Positions 13,401 through 26,409 of a stretch of 64,000 bases of DNA are shown in pieces (the stretch's first letter is position 1; each line of letters begins with the position of its first letter). Position numbers and translations under genes: made by a program. The DNA lies in contig CM052816.1 of the NCBI GenBank assembly GCA_028534125.1, positions 64,606,001 to 64,670,000 on the forward strand. The letters are read 5' to 3'. The notes below the pieces were generated by a model. It was not told the origin of the DNA, ran no database searches, and saw nothing but the letters and a program-made list of their open reading frames with translations. Origin of the DNA: Lama glama (lineage: Eukaryota).

Positions 13401-16225
13401 TGTAGGTGCTTCTGTATTAAGTACATATCCTAATGAGTGTTATAGCCTCTTCCTGTATTGATCCTTTTATCTTATATAATGTCCTCCTTTGTCTTTTACT
13501 ATGGATTTTGTTTTAAAGTCTATCTTATCTGTAACGAGTATTGCTACGCTTGCTTACTTTGTCTGTGTCTTCAGCTCTGAAGTGAGTCTTTTGTAAGCAG
13601 CATAGAGATGGGTCTTGTTTTATTTTTCAATCCAGTCAGCAACCCTGTGTCTTCTGAATAAAGCATTTAGTCTACTGACATTTACAGTGATTATTGGTAG
13701 GTATACACTTATTGTCATTTTGTTACTTGTTTTCTGGTTATTTTTGTAGTTCTCTATTCTCTTCTTTTGCTTTCTTCCCTTGTGGTTTTATGATTTCCTT
13801 TATTAGTATGCTTGTGTTTTTTTCTCTCTAGTTTTTGTGTATCTATTGTAGGTTTTTGATTTGTGGTTACCACGGGGTTCATTTTTACTGACCTCTAACT
13901 CTACTTGTTTTAAACAGGTCTCCATTTAAGTTCAAACACATTCTAAAAGACTTACATATTTTAAGCCCACCTTGTATTTTCTGTATTTGATGTCATATTT
14001 TACATCTCTATGTTTATTCCTTTACTAACAATTGTACTTGTAGTATAACAATTTTTTCTTTTAATCTTTATACTAGTTTAGTTAGTGGTTGATCCTCAGC
14101 CTCTCCTCTGTATTTGCCTTTACTAGTGAGCTTTTTTCTTTCCTATACTTATGTTTGTTATAGCCTTTTCTTTTCCACTTGGAGAAGACCCTTTTTCTTT
14201 AGAGTAGGTTTAGTATTGATGAACTCTTTCAGTTTATGCTTGTGTGAGAATATCTTTATCTTTTATCATTTTAATTAAGATATGTCTTGATGTGAGTCTG
14301 CTTGGGTTCATCTTGTTTGACACCTTCTGTGATTCCTTTACCTGTATATCTTCTTTCTTCTTCAAGTTTGGGAAATTCTCAGCCATAATTTCATCAAATA
14401 TGTTTTCAACTTCCTTCTCTGCCTCTTCTCCTTCTGGAACACCTTTAAAGCAAACATTTGTATGCCTGATATTGTCTCACAGATTCCTTAAGTTGTTCTC
14501 ACTTTTGAAAATTTGTCTTTCTTTTTGCTATTCTGATTGGGTAATTTCCATTATTCTACCTCCCAGATCACTTACGCTTTTTTCTGTATCACCCAGTCTG
14601 CTATTAATTCCTTCTATTGTGTTTTTCTTTTCAGTTACTGTATTCTTCAATTCTGATAGTTTTTTTAACACTGTCTAGTCCCTTGTTAAAATTTTCACTG
14701 TGTTCATCTATTCTTTTCCCTAATTCAGTTAGCATTATTATTACTAATGAATGTTTTGAACTCTTTTTCTGGTAAATTGTTTATTTACGTTTCATTAGTT
14801 GTTTTTTCAGGAGCTTTCTCTTCCTTTTTCAACTGAAACAAATTCTCCTGTCCTCTCATTTTGCTTAACTTTCTTTCTCTATGAAATTACGTGGAAAAGT
14901 TATCTATTGCAATCTTGCAGTACTGTCTTTGTGTGAGAGCTTCCCTATACAGGCTGCATGTGTCCAGTGGCTTTGGTGAGAGAGCTGGATCTGATGTGAA
15001 CATAAGTCACATTTTTCCCCAGGGTGACATAGCAGCTAGGTAGGAAGCAGGGCTGAAGATGGAGTAGCTAGAGTGCCAGGTGAGAGTCAGGACTTCCCTG
15101 CTTAGTGTCCAACATAACCCTATTGGGGGTGGTGGGTCCCAAGTTGCTGGAGCAAAGGTCCTGAGGATCGGACCTGAGCTGGCTCTGTTCCTTTAACTGT
15201 GCATCTCCTCCCACCCCAAATGCCCGCCCAGTATCAGCATTCTCACCCCAGAGGTGAGTAGTGCTGGAGCAAGAGGGGCTAATGTGGTGCTCAGTGTGGG
15301 TGTGGGTGTGGGCTGTGTTGGCCCCAGCTGCAGTCCGTATCCCAGACAGCTTCTGATGAGCACTCTGTGTAAGCACCAGTAACAGCTATCCCCACCTTGC
15401 TCAGATGCCGCTCCAGGTATGGGCACCTTTGTCTCTCACAGCCAAGCTTTTCCTTGCCTGCTGCAGCCATCAGCATAGTATGGACCTGTGCCAAAGAACA
15501 GGTAGGGCAGGTGCAGGTGCTCAGCAGGTTGGGACACAGGCTGTGGAAGTCCAGTCAAAGTCAGAGTCCTGGATTGCTTCTGATGTGCTGCTTCTGTAAG
15601 TGCCCACAGTGGCTGTCCTTGTCCAGCCCAGAGACCACTCCAGGTCTGAAGAGCCTTTGTGCCTCACAACTGAGCTCTCCTCTCAGCCTGCAGCGGCCTG
15701 TGCCCCAATGTGGAGCTGCATCGTGGAGTAAACGGGGCAAGAGCAGTCATTCAGCTTAGCCTGGGGCATATGCCAGGGCAGGAAACCACCCAGTGACCCA
15801 TACAGTTTCAGGCCACCCTGTTTCGGGAGTAAGCAAGCATATAAGCACTCCTCACAAGCAGAGTCCAAGCTTCCAAGAGCCCTCCTGTTAGTCCCACTGG
15901 TCCTCCAAACAGCCAAGGGGACTCAGCTTCCCACTGTCAGACCCCAGAGCTGGGGCACCCAATATATGGCTCGAACCACTCACTCTCCAGGGAGGATCTC
16001 CTCTTCAAGTCCCCTACCAAGGCCACGAGTCCCAACCTAATCACCTCACTTCCCTTCCTACTCGATTTCGTGTGGATCTTTCTTACAGTCTTGGTTGTAC
16101 AGGAGCCTTTCTGCCACTCTCCAGAAAGTTTTCATTGAAATTTTTCCACATGTAGATGTATTTTTGATGTGATCATAGGAAAAGGTGAGTTCTGAACCCT
16201 CCTACTCCACCATCTTGATCTCCTC
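10425..16225 (-). mobile_element. Long degenerate L1, antisense: 5' UTR, ORF1 and most of ORF2; 3' end missing
   Basis: Minus-strand ORFs 11339-11728 ([36 protein letters not shown]) and 10467-10655 (FSTELEKIILKFIWNHKKP) are L1 ORF2 remnants. GC-richer 5' UTR at about 14900-16220 ends in CACCATCTTG (16208-16217; reverse complement CAAGATGGTG, a YY1-like L1 start). Confidence 0.9.
10752..11402 (+). mobile_element. Younger 5'-truncated L1 3' end nested in the antisense L1
   Basis: ORF 10837-11019 (MFIAALFTIAKTWKEPKCP..WIKKMWYIYTMEYY) is the L1 ORF2 C-terminus. A-rich tail. TSD aagtcttttacctcctt (10735-10751) / aagccttttacctcctt (11403-11419). Confidence 0.9.
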
Positions 16226-17822
16226 TTTCAATTTTGTAATTCTTGTAGAGTAAAAAATACTTAGTCTCCAAAGAGCAGCAGAAATGAATTGCTGAACTAA
16301 GTAGTACTTCAAAAAGTGAGAGGGCTAAATAAGGAAAGTTTCAACTGATTTACCTTGTCACCAAGAAACTTGGGTTCCTTGATAAACACAAGTAGAGCTC
16401 ATTACTGAATGACCTTGACAACTCAACACTAGATCTATTATTTTTCATTTGTTGTAAATCTTTCACAAATACAGTGAATTATAACAAGTACTAGGAATAG
16501 GAATAGTGTCTAATTCACAAGATTTAATAATACTAACTACAATTATTGCCATTATTGATATTACTACTCTTAATGTAAAGCAATTATGAAATCCTCAAAG
16601 CAAAAGAGGACAAGTAACACTTTTTCTCTCATGAAATATTTTCAGCCTCAGTTAAAAACAGATATAACATAGCTTAGTTACTTATTCATTATTACTTTCC
16701 ATTTCTGATCAAAAGATCCCATATTTCCCTGGCAGGGAAAGGCAGAATTGAAGATTAAAGTTCCTTAAATTCCTTTCAAAGCCAGTATAAAGTAGTGACT
16801 ATATGACTGAATAATTTCATCCTCCTATTTTTCTCTTGGATGAAAGTATGACACAGATGTGGTTCTACTGGTATGAGATGGGAATGCAATCAAGGACTAC
16901 AGGAAAAATGTTGAAATTTTTCCTTCATCAAAATACAATTAAGTGTTTAAGTACATGCATGCATATACACACAAACTAAGGGGATTCAATAAGCAATTGA
17001 AATAATCTCAGAGGAAAACAAAATTAAGAAATGAATTTTTTAATAAAGATAAGAAAATGAAAAATCCAACATTCAGGCAACTCTGAGGTAACTTATATAA
17101 AAAAATTAATGATTTTTATTATTTTATATTCAACAAAGAATTTTAAAGTAAGCTCAACTTCCTTTTTTAGGTATCCCTAAACAGAAGGCATGTTTTAGTT
17201 AAAAATCATAAAACATTTTAGGATATTCTATCAAGTAATGATGCCCATGGTTATGATTACATTATATTACCTCTGACAACTCAAGACAGAATATTACTTA
17301 CTGTAGGAAAAATTAAATGTATTTTTTTTAAATTATGGTCAGTTCTTCAAAATATAATTCATTTATATCATTGTGCATTACCAACTAGGAATAATCCACA
17401 GTGTCATTTGGAAATCCTTATCTTAAGATTAGCACTTTACATAGCAGTAGTGCAGGGTTTATTTGGAAGGAAAAAAATATATATATATATCAATTATTTT
17501 AGAGAAAAGATTCCTTCAAATCAGCTCAAAGAAAATATTAACTGCCAACCTACATTTTTTTAAGACAAGGCTGCCATCTGCTGGAAAAACATGAAATGTC
17601 TTCATTATTTCCAAACGTTAGAGTAAGTATCACATTCAAAAGAGCTATATCATGATCTTCCAATTACCTACTGAAACAAGACACATCTTAATAATTCTGA
17701 CCACTTGATTTGTTTGACTTCTAATAACTACATCTTAATTGAATGCCAATTAATTATAGTTTTTAGTACATTTAAATGCTAAATACAAATAGGCTGAGGT
17801 GACATCAAAAACAATGCAGCTC

Positions 17823-18004
17823 AATGCAAAAATGGGCAGAACACCTAAACAAGCAAATCTCCAATGAAGACACACAAATGGTCAATAGGCACATGAAAAA
17901 AAATGCTCAATACTGCTAATTATCAGAGAAATGCAAATCAAAACTACAGCGAGGTATCATCTCACACCTGTCAGAATGGCCATCATTCAAAAGTCCACAA
18001 ATGA

Positions 18005-18036
<32 letters not shown>

Positions 18037-18818
18037 GTCCACAAATGATAAATGCTGGAGAAGGTGTGGAGAAAAAGGAACCCTCCTACGTAGGTGGTGG
18101 GAACGTAGTTTGATGCAGCCATTATGGAAAACAGTATGGAGATTCCTCAAAAAACTAAAAATAGATTCACCAAATGATCCAGCAATCCCACTCCTGGGCA
18201 TATATATTTGGAGGGAACTCTAATTTGAAAAGACATATGCACCTCAATGTTCATAGCAGCACTATATACAATAGAAGACATGGAAACAACCTAAACGTCC
18301 TTTGACAGATGACTGGATAAAGAAGTTGTGGTATACTTACACAATGGAATACTACCCAGCCATAAAAATAATAAAATAATGTCATTTGCAACAACATGGA
18401 TGGATCTAGAAATCGTCATTCTAAGTGCAGTAAGCCAGAAAGAGAAAGAAAAATACCATATGATACCACTCACATGTGGAATCTCAAAAAAGAAAAAAAG
18501 AGGACAGGAAATGAACTCATCCACAAAACAGAAACAGACTCGCAGACATAGTAAACCACCTTATGGATACCTGGGGAAAAGGGGTGAGAAGGGATAAATT
18601 GGGAGTTTGAGATTTGCAAATGTTAGCCACTATATATAAAAGTAGATTTTTAAAAATTTCTTTTGTATAGCACAGGGAACTATATTCAGTATCTTGTAAC
18701 AACCTTTAATGAAAAAGAATATGAAAACGAATTTATGTATGTATATGCATGACTGGGATATTGTGCTGTACACCAGAAACTGACAAATTGTATATACTGC
18801 AGTAAAGAGTAAATTTAA
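17823..18818 (+). mobile_element. 5'-truncated L1 (ORF2 C-terminus and 3' UTR) with perfect 16-bp TSD
   Basis: ORFs 17931-18113 ([19 protein letters not shown]) and 18328-18597 are L1 remnants. TSD aaaaacaatgcagctc at 17807-17822 and 18819-18834. Confidence 0.9.
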
Positions 18819-19369
18819 AAAAACAATGCAGCTCTATAATTACACGTAACAGTTGGATGATGGAGGTTTTGAATTATCAGATGATGATATATTCATCCTG
18901 AAAGTAAAAAATAAGACTAGATATCATAGCAGAAGTTTGATGTTAGCAACTAAGATAAGTTCAAACTGGAACCACATTAGAAATGTTATGGAAAAGATAC
19001 TGTTATTTCTAATAAGAATACTTCAGTACCTGAAAAATAATTTGGCCCATTTATCACAAATAAAATGAAAAACATGCCTTAATTACCTGTTTTAAAATTT
19101 TATAAAACTACTTCATCATTTTCTATGGTGTTAAAACCTTGCTTTGTTTTGGTTTTATAATTCAGAGTCCATAAATAACTCAATTCATTGAACAGCTGTT
19201 TTTTTTTGAGTACCTACTCTGTACCCAGGCACATACACATAGAGTTCATTCAAGTATTCAAAATGAAACTAACATCTCATGTTTAAGATAAGGATAATAA
19301 TCTCTAGTTATACAGTTGTTGTAAAGACTCCACAAATGGTAACTATCTTTAATGGAAGTATTACTAAAA

Positions 19370-19580
19370 AGAGGAATCTTGTGTTCTGGAGATATATACT
19401 GAAATGTTAATAGATTAATTGACATGATGTTTGGTATTTGGTTTAAAATAAGAGAAGTGAGTGGAGGGGTAGGGAGAAAAAAATTTAGTCATGAGTTGAT
19501 AACTTTGAAGTGAGTGATGGACACATGGAGGTTTATTTTATCATTCTCTACCTTTTGTTTAAAATATTTCATAATTCAAT
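19370..19580 (+). mobile_element. Old L1 (L1MC/L1ME-type) 3' UTR fragment
   Basis: gagatatatactgaaatgtt...atgagttgataactttgaag..gtgatggacacatggaggttt..attctcta..aaaatatttcataat is typical of old L1M 3' ends. Confidence 0.55.
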
Positions 19581-20659
19581 AGTTAAAGATAAATGAATAT
19601 ATAAATAAAACTGAAGTGATTCTCAAATTAGAAAAAAGGTAAAGTCCAACTATTTTTTTAAAAAGGAAACACACAAAAATGGTATAAAATAACCTTCAAT
19701 GTTTAACAAAATTCAAAATTTTAGGTTAACAAACCTCAATTTCAAATTATCATCTTTAAAGTATGGTTTCCTGATTTAGCTTTCCCAAACTGTCTGGGAA
19801 CTTCATATTCAAATGCCATTTTTCTAACCAAAAAGCATGAAATGCAAAATTCAGAAAATGTTATTATAAATAATGTGTTTGGCACACTGATTATCCAACT
19901 ATACATGAATTTAAATATACTCATATAAGTATAGAAAGTATAGAAAATATAATTTGGCAGTAAATGCTTTCATGAAAATCTTGGCACAGATTTTTCTTTG
20001 CTCATAATTTTTATAAATATACAGATAATGCTTCATTAAAAAACAGAGAACAAAATGAAAAAATCTTTTAGGATGAAAGATTTTCTAATGTTGGACTTGA
20101 ATAGATCTATTTCATAATTAGTAAAATACGAACAGTTTGAAAATAACTTCCAGAAGCCTACTATAAACAATTCACTATACAAAGAGCCCTAACAAAGGTT
20201 ATACAGTTTTAAAAAATGTGTTCCAAAAATACATCTACCATGTTTGATGAATTATTTGTCCTGGATTCTGAAAGAAGGCATCACTGTTACCCACTGTCAA
20301 CTGCTATTCCTGCCTTGCCCCCAACCAATTCCATTTTGGGAACATAACTGAAGCTCAGTACTATGAAAATTAACAGACTAGATGCAACTCTTAAATAGCT
20401 ACATTCAATTAATTTCAATATTATTTTTTGAATGCTGAAAGTTAAATACTATCTTATTCAACTCCTTGATAGAAAATTATGTAAGCTTTCAGATTTGAGC
20501 TTTCCTAATAGCATAAATAACTAGGCTTCTTACAAAACTATTGATCTAAAGATTAGATTAAAAACAAGTATCAGTTTCAAGATGGACTCAAAGGTCACAA
20601 ATGTCAGCCAGGTAGTTTGGATGTATTCTCAGGTAATGGGAAGCCACCAAAATGACACG

Positions 20660-21530
20660 GTTCCCAAATACCTGTCTCTTAGTCTCATGTGATTATTCTT
20701 TGCCTGTTTGAATCCAACTATCCCTATAGATTGAATTATCACCTGTATTAAGATGGCTTCCAAATTTGTATTTTAATCGCTGACATATTTGGAACTGCAG
20801 ATCTGAACATACAACTGCCTGATCACACAGTTGCCCTGTTATAAGCAATGGACTCTATTTATGTTTCCATCAAACCAACCTTATTGCCTCCCTCTCTATT
20901 TGCATTAGTCCCTCTTAGCCTCTGTTTGCATCAATCAGTACACCACCATCCCCTCTTGTTCTCCAGAATTAAAACAATAAAATCATCGTTGGCCTCTCCT
21001 CTTTTTCTTCCCCTTCTACTAGTCTAACTCATTATCAAGTCCAAAAGTTTTGCTAAATTAAAACTTTTCTTTCCATTTCCGTCACTTCAGTTCATAAGAT
21101 CTCTTTCTAGGATCACGGTAAATCTAGCAATGCTCCCATCTAACAGAATTTTAATTCCCTCCCACTCCCTTCTAGTTCATCTTCTACAAGACTTACAGAG
21201 TCATTTATCTAAAAGCTCTAATCATGCCACGAACTTTCCCCGTTGAAAAGCTTTCAATGGCTACTTACTACCTACAGAATGAAGTACAAATTTCAAATTT
21301 ATGCAAGGCCTTTTATAACCTGACCTTATCGATCCCCTCACTAGAAAAGCTTTCTCTTGTTCTTCTACACTGAAGTCTACCCATTGGGGACTATCCTCTA
21401 ATTTCTGTGGTATTTCCTACCCCTTCCTAGCCCTGACCAGAAACACTCTTCTATCACCCTTTCTGAAATCGTACTTTCCCTTCAAGGTGCTGATCAAATG
21501 TTTCTATTTATCTCCCAGGTAAATTAAATT
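20660..21530 (+). mobile_element. Degenerate L2 LINE fragments
   Basis: C/T-rich tract with L2-like phrases (aaagctttcaatggctac..tacagaatgaagtacaaat..gcaaggcctt). Confidence 0.5.
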
Positions 21531-21599
21531 CTCCCAGTTACAATTAAAGACAAGGCACTTTTTTCTTTTTCTAGTATAGCTCTAATAGTCTGAAAGTTG

Positions 21600-21890
21600 C
21601 TTCTTATAAAAATCAAAACAACTACCCTCTGATCTAAGTTCTGAGTTAAAGGGCTATACAGATGAGCCTAATCCTTTTCTGTTCCACAATTTTTCAAATA
21701 CTTGAAGCTCCTCCTGAATCTTCTCTTCAGAGGGTAAACTTTCTCAAGATTCATAGCTAATAATACTTACAGGTATAATTTCTAGAAAATTTCATCACCA
21801 TAACTACCCCTGTTTGGATACTTTATATTTCTAAGCATCTCTCTTAAAGTGTGGTGTCCAGAACCAAACACAATACTCCAAACATGCATT
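21600..21890 (-). mobile_element. L3/CR1 LINE fragment
   Basis: ttaaagtgtggtgtccagaaccaaacacaatactcca resembles the conserved antisense CR1/L3 RT 3' motif. Confidence 0.45.
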
Positions 21891-22640
21891 TTTGCAAATT
21901 ATGCACAATATTCACTCCACCCCACCAAATTTGGACATTTCAATATCTACTAGCAAATTAATTGAAAATAGTCCTTCAGTTAATAAACTTGTTAGTTTTT
22001 AAATGGGTTTAGATGCTTAATATATGTGCAAAAGAAGGTGAAAATAATAAAACAAGGTCCAAAGAGATTCAAGTCAGAATCAAGTATACTTCCTTTCTTT
22101 ACCTTAGAAAGGAAGAGAATTATTTTTTGAAACATGAGATAAATGGAATCAAATGGATAAACACTTGCAATTTTCTATACAAAGTTTACTTGAGGAATCT
22201 TTTACTAAATAATCTATCACAGAGCAAGCAAGCTTTCAATGAAAATATGCAACTTCTTTCCTGAAACGCCGTACAATTTTTATTAAGTTAAAGTTTCAAC
22301 AATTCTAAACTTAAATTCAGCTGACTAGACAAAACTCAAAAGACTTCTTTTGAATTATATAACAACAGCTTTTCTGTCATTAAATAATATCCTACATGGA
22401 AAATATAGTAGTTTGTTGATGATTGGCACCACAGTAATTAACTGAATTAAAAGAAAAATTAATTTCCTCTAAAGAGCTCTTAAATATTCTTCATTGGTGG
22501 TGTTGAATGCTTAACAACTTATGCAATTCAAAGAAAACTCAAGGAGATCTCTAAAAAACCACCTTTTGTATTAAAGAAATAAAAAAGATGACTTACTTTC
22601 AGAAAACTTGCTTTAAAACAAATTAAAAATATTTTCCCTT

Positions 22641-23233
22641 AAAATGATTATAAATCAATAAAAAATGTTAAAAAAAGAATAAAGTACTGATTGAGGCTAC
22701 AAAAAAAAAAGATGAGTGGATAAAGAAGTTGTAGTATACTTATACAATGGAATCCTACTCAGCCAAAAAAATGAATAAAATAATGCCATTTGCAGCAACA
22801 TGGATGGACCTGGAGATTGTCATTGTAAGTGAAGTAAGCCAGAAAGAGAAAGAAAAATACCATATGATATCACTCATAAGTGGAATCTGAGAAAAAAAAA
22901 AAGACACAAATGATCTTCTTTATAAAACAGAAACAGATTCACAGACATAGAAAACAAACTTGTGGTTACCGGGGGGAAAGAGGGTGGGAAGGGATAAATT
23001 GGGAGTTTAAGATTTGCAGACACTACCTACCATATATCAAGTAGATAGATAACAAGTTTATACTGTATAGCACAGGGAACTATATTCAATATCTTAGAGT
23101 AACCTATAATGAAAACGAATATGAAAATGAATATATGTATGTACATGTATGACTGAAAAATTATGCTGTATGCCAGAAACTGACACAAAATTGTAAACTG
23201 ACTAGACTTCAATAAAAAAAATTAGATCTGTTT
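22641..23233 (+). mobile_element. 5'-truncated young L1 3' end with an extra A-tailed segment at its 5' junction
   Basis: 22711-23220 matches the L1 3' ends at 18300-18800. Flanking near-duplication aaaaatattttccctt (22625-22640) / aaaaaaattttccctt (23236-23251). Confidence 0.8.
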
Positions 23234-23619
23234 AAAAAAAAATTTTCCCTTGATTTCTAGTAGAAGGTTTAAAGAATGTGTAACACTGCTTACAGACTGT
23301 ACAACAAATCTGTGCCCCAGGCCTCAATTATCTAAAAACTGAGGCACACAGAGGTATTAGATAGCATACAGTGGTTCTAATACATCATCAATAAAAGTCT
23401 GATTTTCCCACAACCAAGAGTACACATATCTAAAATAAACTAACTGAAGTATAAATTGGCAAAAGCACTTAGGGAAACAACTTGGTATTATAATAAAGAG
23501 AAACATCCTTAGACTCACAAATTATATTCTTTTAGGATACACATGATTTTGTCAATTTAAGTCTTTCTTTAAAGACACTGTATTTTCACTGAAATGAAAC
23601 TGATACAAAAAAATTTTAA

Positions 23620-24424
23620 TAGTCAAAAGATTTGAACAGATACTTACAAAAATCTGAAGATGGCAAATAAGCACGTAAGATTTCTGAACATCCTCAGTCA
23701 TTAGGAAGATGAAAATTAAAACCACAGTGAAATAACACTATCTACCTATTAGAATGGCTAAAATAAAAATTAAAAAAAAACCAGAATACCAAGTGCTGAT
23801 GTGATTGTGAAACTAGAACTTTTATGCGCTGTTGGCAAGAATGCAAAATGGTACAGCCAATTTTGAAAATAGTTTGGCAGTTTCTTATAAAGTTATATAT
23901 ACATTTACCACACAACTCAGCAATTGCACTCCAAGCTTTTCACCCAAGAGAAATTACGTTTACATGAAATCTTATATGGGAATGTTTATAGGATTTCCCC
24001 ATAATCACCAAAAACTTGAAACAACCTAAATGTCCTTCAGCTGGTAAATAGATAAATTGTGGAAAAGTCATATAATGGAATATTACTTAGTAGAAAAGGA
24101 ACTACTGACACATGGAGGACTCTCATCTGCATGATGCACATGAAATAAGTTAGACTCAAAAAACTACACCTTTTATAATTCCCTTTACATGATATTCTGG
24201 AAAAGGCAAAACTATAGGAACATAAAACAGGCAAGTGGTTGCCAAGGGCTGGTTATGGGGCGAGGGAATGGACTACTAAGGGGTAGGAGGGACTTTGGGG
24301 GTGATGGAACTGTTCTATATCTTGATTGTGCAGATACTTCACACGACTACGCATTTGTCAAAAATCATAAAACCAGAAAGGATGAATATTACTGTATATA
24401 AATTATACTTCAATTAAAAAAAAA
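23620..24424 (+). mobile_element. Old L1 (L1MC/L1ME-type) ORF2 end and 3' UTR
   Basis: caaaagatttgaacagatac..., ORF 23832-24029 (MQNGTANFENSLAVSYK), ends in aattatacttcaattaaaaaaaaa. Confidence 0.8.
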
Positions 24425-24779
24425 GCTCCATCTGATGTTTTTCCTATTTTTTAAAAATGTTACCTGAAAACTTACGGAAAAGAAACATCTTTCCCCCACT
24501 GCTTGCAATCTGTCAAGAAATACTTCACCACCATGCTAGGTTCTTTCTGGACTTTTTTTAAAGGACATATTTCCTGCCCTGATAAAGTTTAAAAGCTTAT
24601 TAGGGAAGCAAGTTTAAGATATTAAAATAAGTTACTGAAAAGGGCTAGGCAAAACAATTTTGAGTGATAAATCAAAGAATACACTTTTATATATGTTCTA
24701 CGAAGAAGGAAGAAGAAACTCTTGTCAAGAGTTACAGAAATGAATGGAACACAATTTTGAAAGGACTCTTCTCAATATT

Positions 24780-24920
24780 GTTATTATTACCACCTCTAGC
24801 TTTCAAGTGAGGATACTGAGAGTTGGCGAGGACAAATATTTTGTCCGTGATCCCTCAGCTATTAGGTGTCAAAGTTGAGACTGTAAGCTTTTCTGACCCC
24901 AAAGCCTGAAATATTTTGCA
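24780..24920 (-). mobile_element. MIR SINE fragment
   Basis: gtgaggatactgagag...ttgtccgtgatccctcagcta...ctgaccccaaagcc resembles the MIR core. Confidence 0.5.
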
Positions 24921-25694
24921 TCGCAGTGCTGGAACACAGAGATTATGAAGGCTAACACGTGGTGTGCTTTCAATGAACAGGAACGTCCCCTAAATCCCCG
25001 AACTCCGGATTTCGCTCGAATCCTACACAGAAGTACGATTAGAGCGCTGGATCTTAAAGTGAGCTCAACAGGGTCTTGGAGTGCAAACTCCAGGGGAAAC
25101 GTAACGTGGCGCCTCGTGGGGATCTCTTTTCCACGCTGTCAGTGTGCATGGACCTACTTCTAACAGTTTTGGCTGTGAGGAAGGTGACGCCAGAGCCATG
25201 CAAAAAGGTCAACACCAAGAAAGAGGAGAGAGAAGGCGCTCAAAATACACCTCTTTAATTACCAACGCCGTCCTGGTCGCAAGGGGGACACAGGAGGAGG
25301 AAAGAAAGGCATTTCCCTACCCCTTCCCGAGACCTCTGGTAAAAGACCTGCGTAGACTTGTCCCTGTCGACGTCTCCCGATAGCAAGGACCCAAGCTGGG
25401 GCGTCCTCCGCCCGCAAGGCTCTCGGCGCTGGGAGGAGAGGGGTGTGTGCGCGGGCCGCGGCCGGGCGAAGGACCCAGGCGCTGCGGCGCGGGGACGGCG
25501 GGTACTCGCCGGGCGGCTCGGCGAAAGCCTGAGAGAAAGGCGGCGGGCAGAGCGGAGGGGCGGCGGAGTGAACCCACTTGGGTTGTCCTCTCTGGTGATT
25601 ATCACAAGTGCCGCGCGGTGCGTTAGTTTACCAAACGCTCTCCCTTTCCCCTCGTTTCCCCACCGCTCAATTGCCGCCCTCGCTCTCATCTCAC

Positions 25695-25821
25695 CTCTCC
25701 AGTTCCTGTACTCCGGGATGTAGTAGTATTTGTTGCCGAACCGGTCTGTGCCCACTAGCTCCTTCACTTCCTTTGACAGCGGTCTCCACAAGACGCGGAA
25801 CAAATCCTGAAACCAACCCAT
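25695..25821 (-). CDS. NDUFAF2: NDUFAF2 (complex I assembly factor 2, mimitin/B17.2L) coding exon 1, 127 nt
   Basis: Translates MGWFQDLFRVLWRPLSKEVKELVGTDRFGNKYYYIPEYRNWR(G), including the NDUFA12-family motif VGTDxFGNKYY. Donor ag|GTGAGA. Head-to-head position with ERCC8 matches known synteny. Confidence 0.96.
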
Positions 25822-26136
<315 letters not shown>

Positions 26137-26409
26137 TAAAGAAAACCTTGCTCTTTTCTCTAATATGCCAGAATGTCTGGGCCAATGGCTGTGTTAGCCT
26201 AGTCTCCCTTTCCCGCCTCATTATCACTCGCTTCCCAAACCACACTCGGCTTTACACTCCTGCTCCTTGGCTTGCGAAAATAGAATTCCTTTTATACACT
26301 TGCAGGCAGGTGGGGGCGCTATAAACCTAAATGAGGATATTTTCGCTTTAATTTATTCTTTCTTCCTCATTACTTTTCTCGTCTCCCAAGTAATAATTTT
26401 TCCCCGAGG

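Larger units (their letters stand above)
1..25694 (-). other. NDUFAF2: NDUFAF2 intron 1 (partial; continues beyond the window start)
   Basis: Minus-strand donor GTGAGA starts at 25694. No recognisable NDUFAF2 exon 2 was seen in 1-25694. Confidence 0.85.

Noticed and set aside
14244..15916. Cluster of 60-144 aa ORFs
   Set aside because: They lie within the L1 ORF1 and 5' UTR region, with no recognisable host protein or splice structure.
25430..25570. G-rich tract as a G-quadruplex regulator
   Set aside because: G-runs are mostly short and irregularly spaced, not distinguishable from ordinary CpG-island composition by eye.
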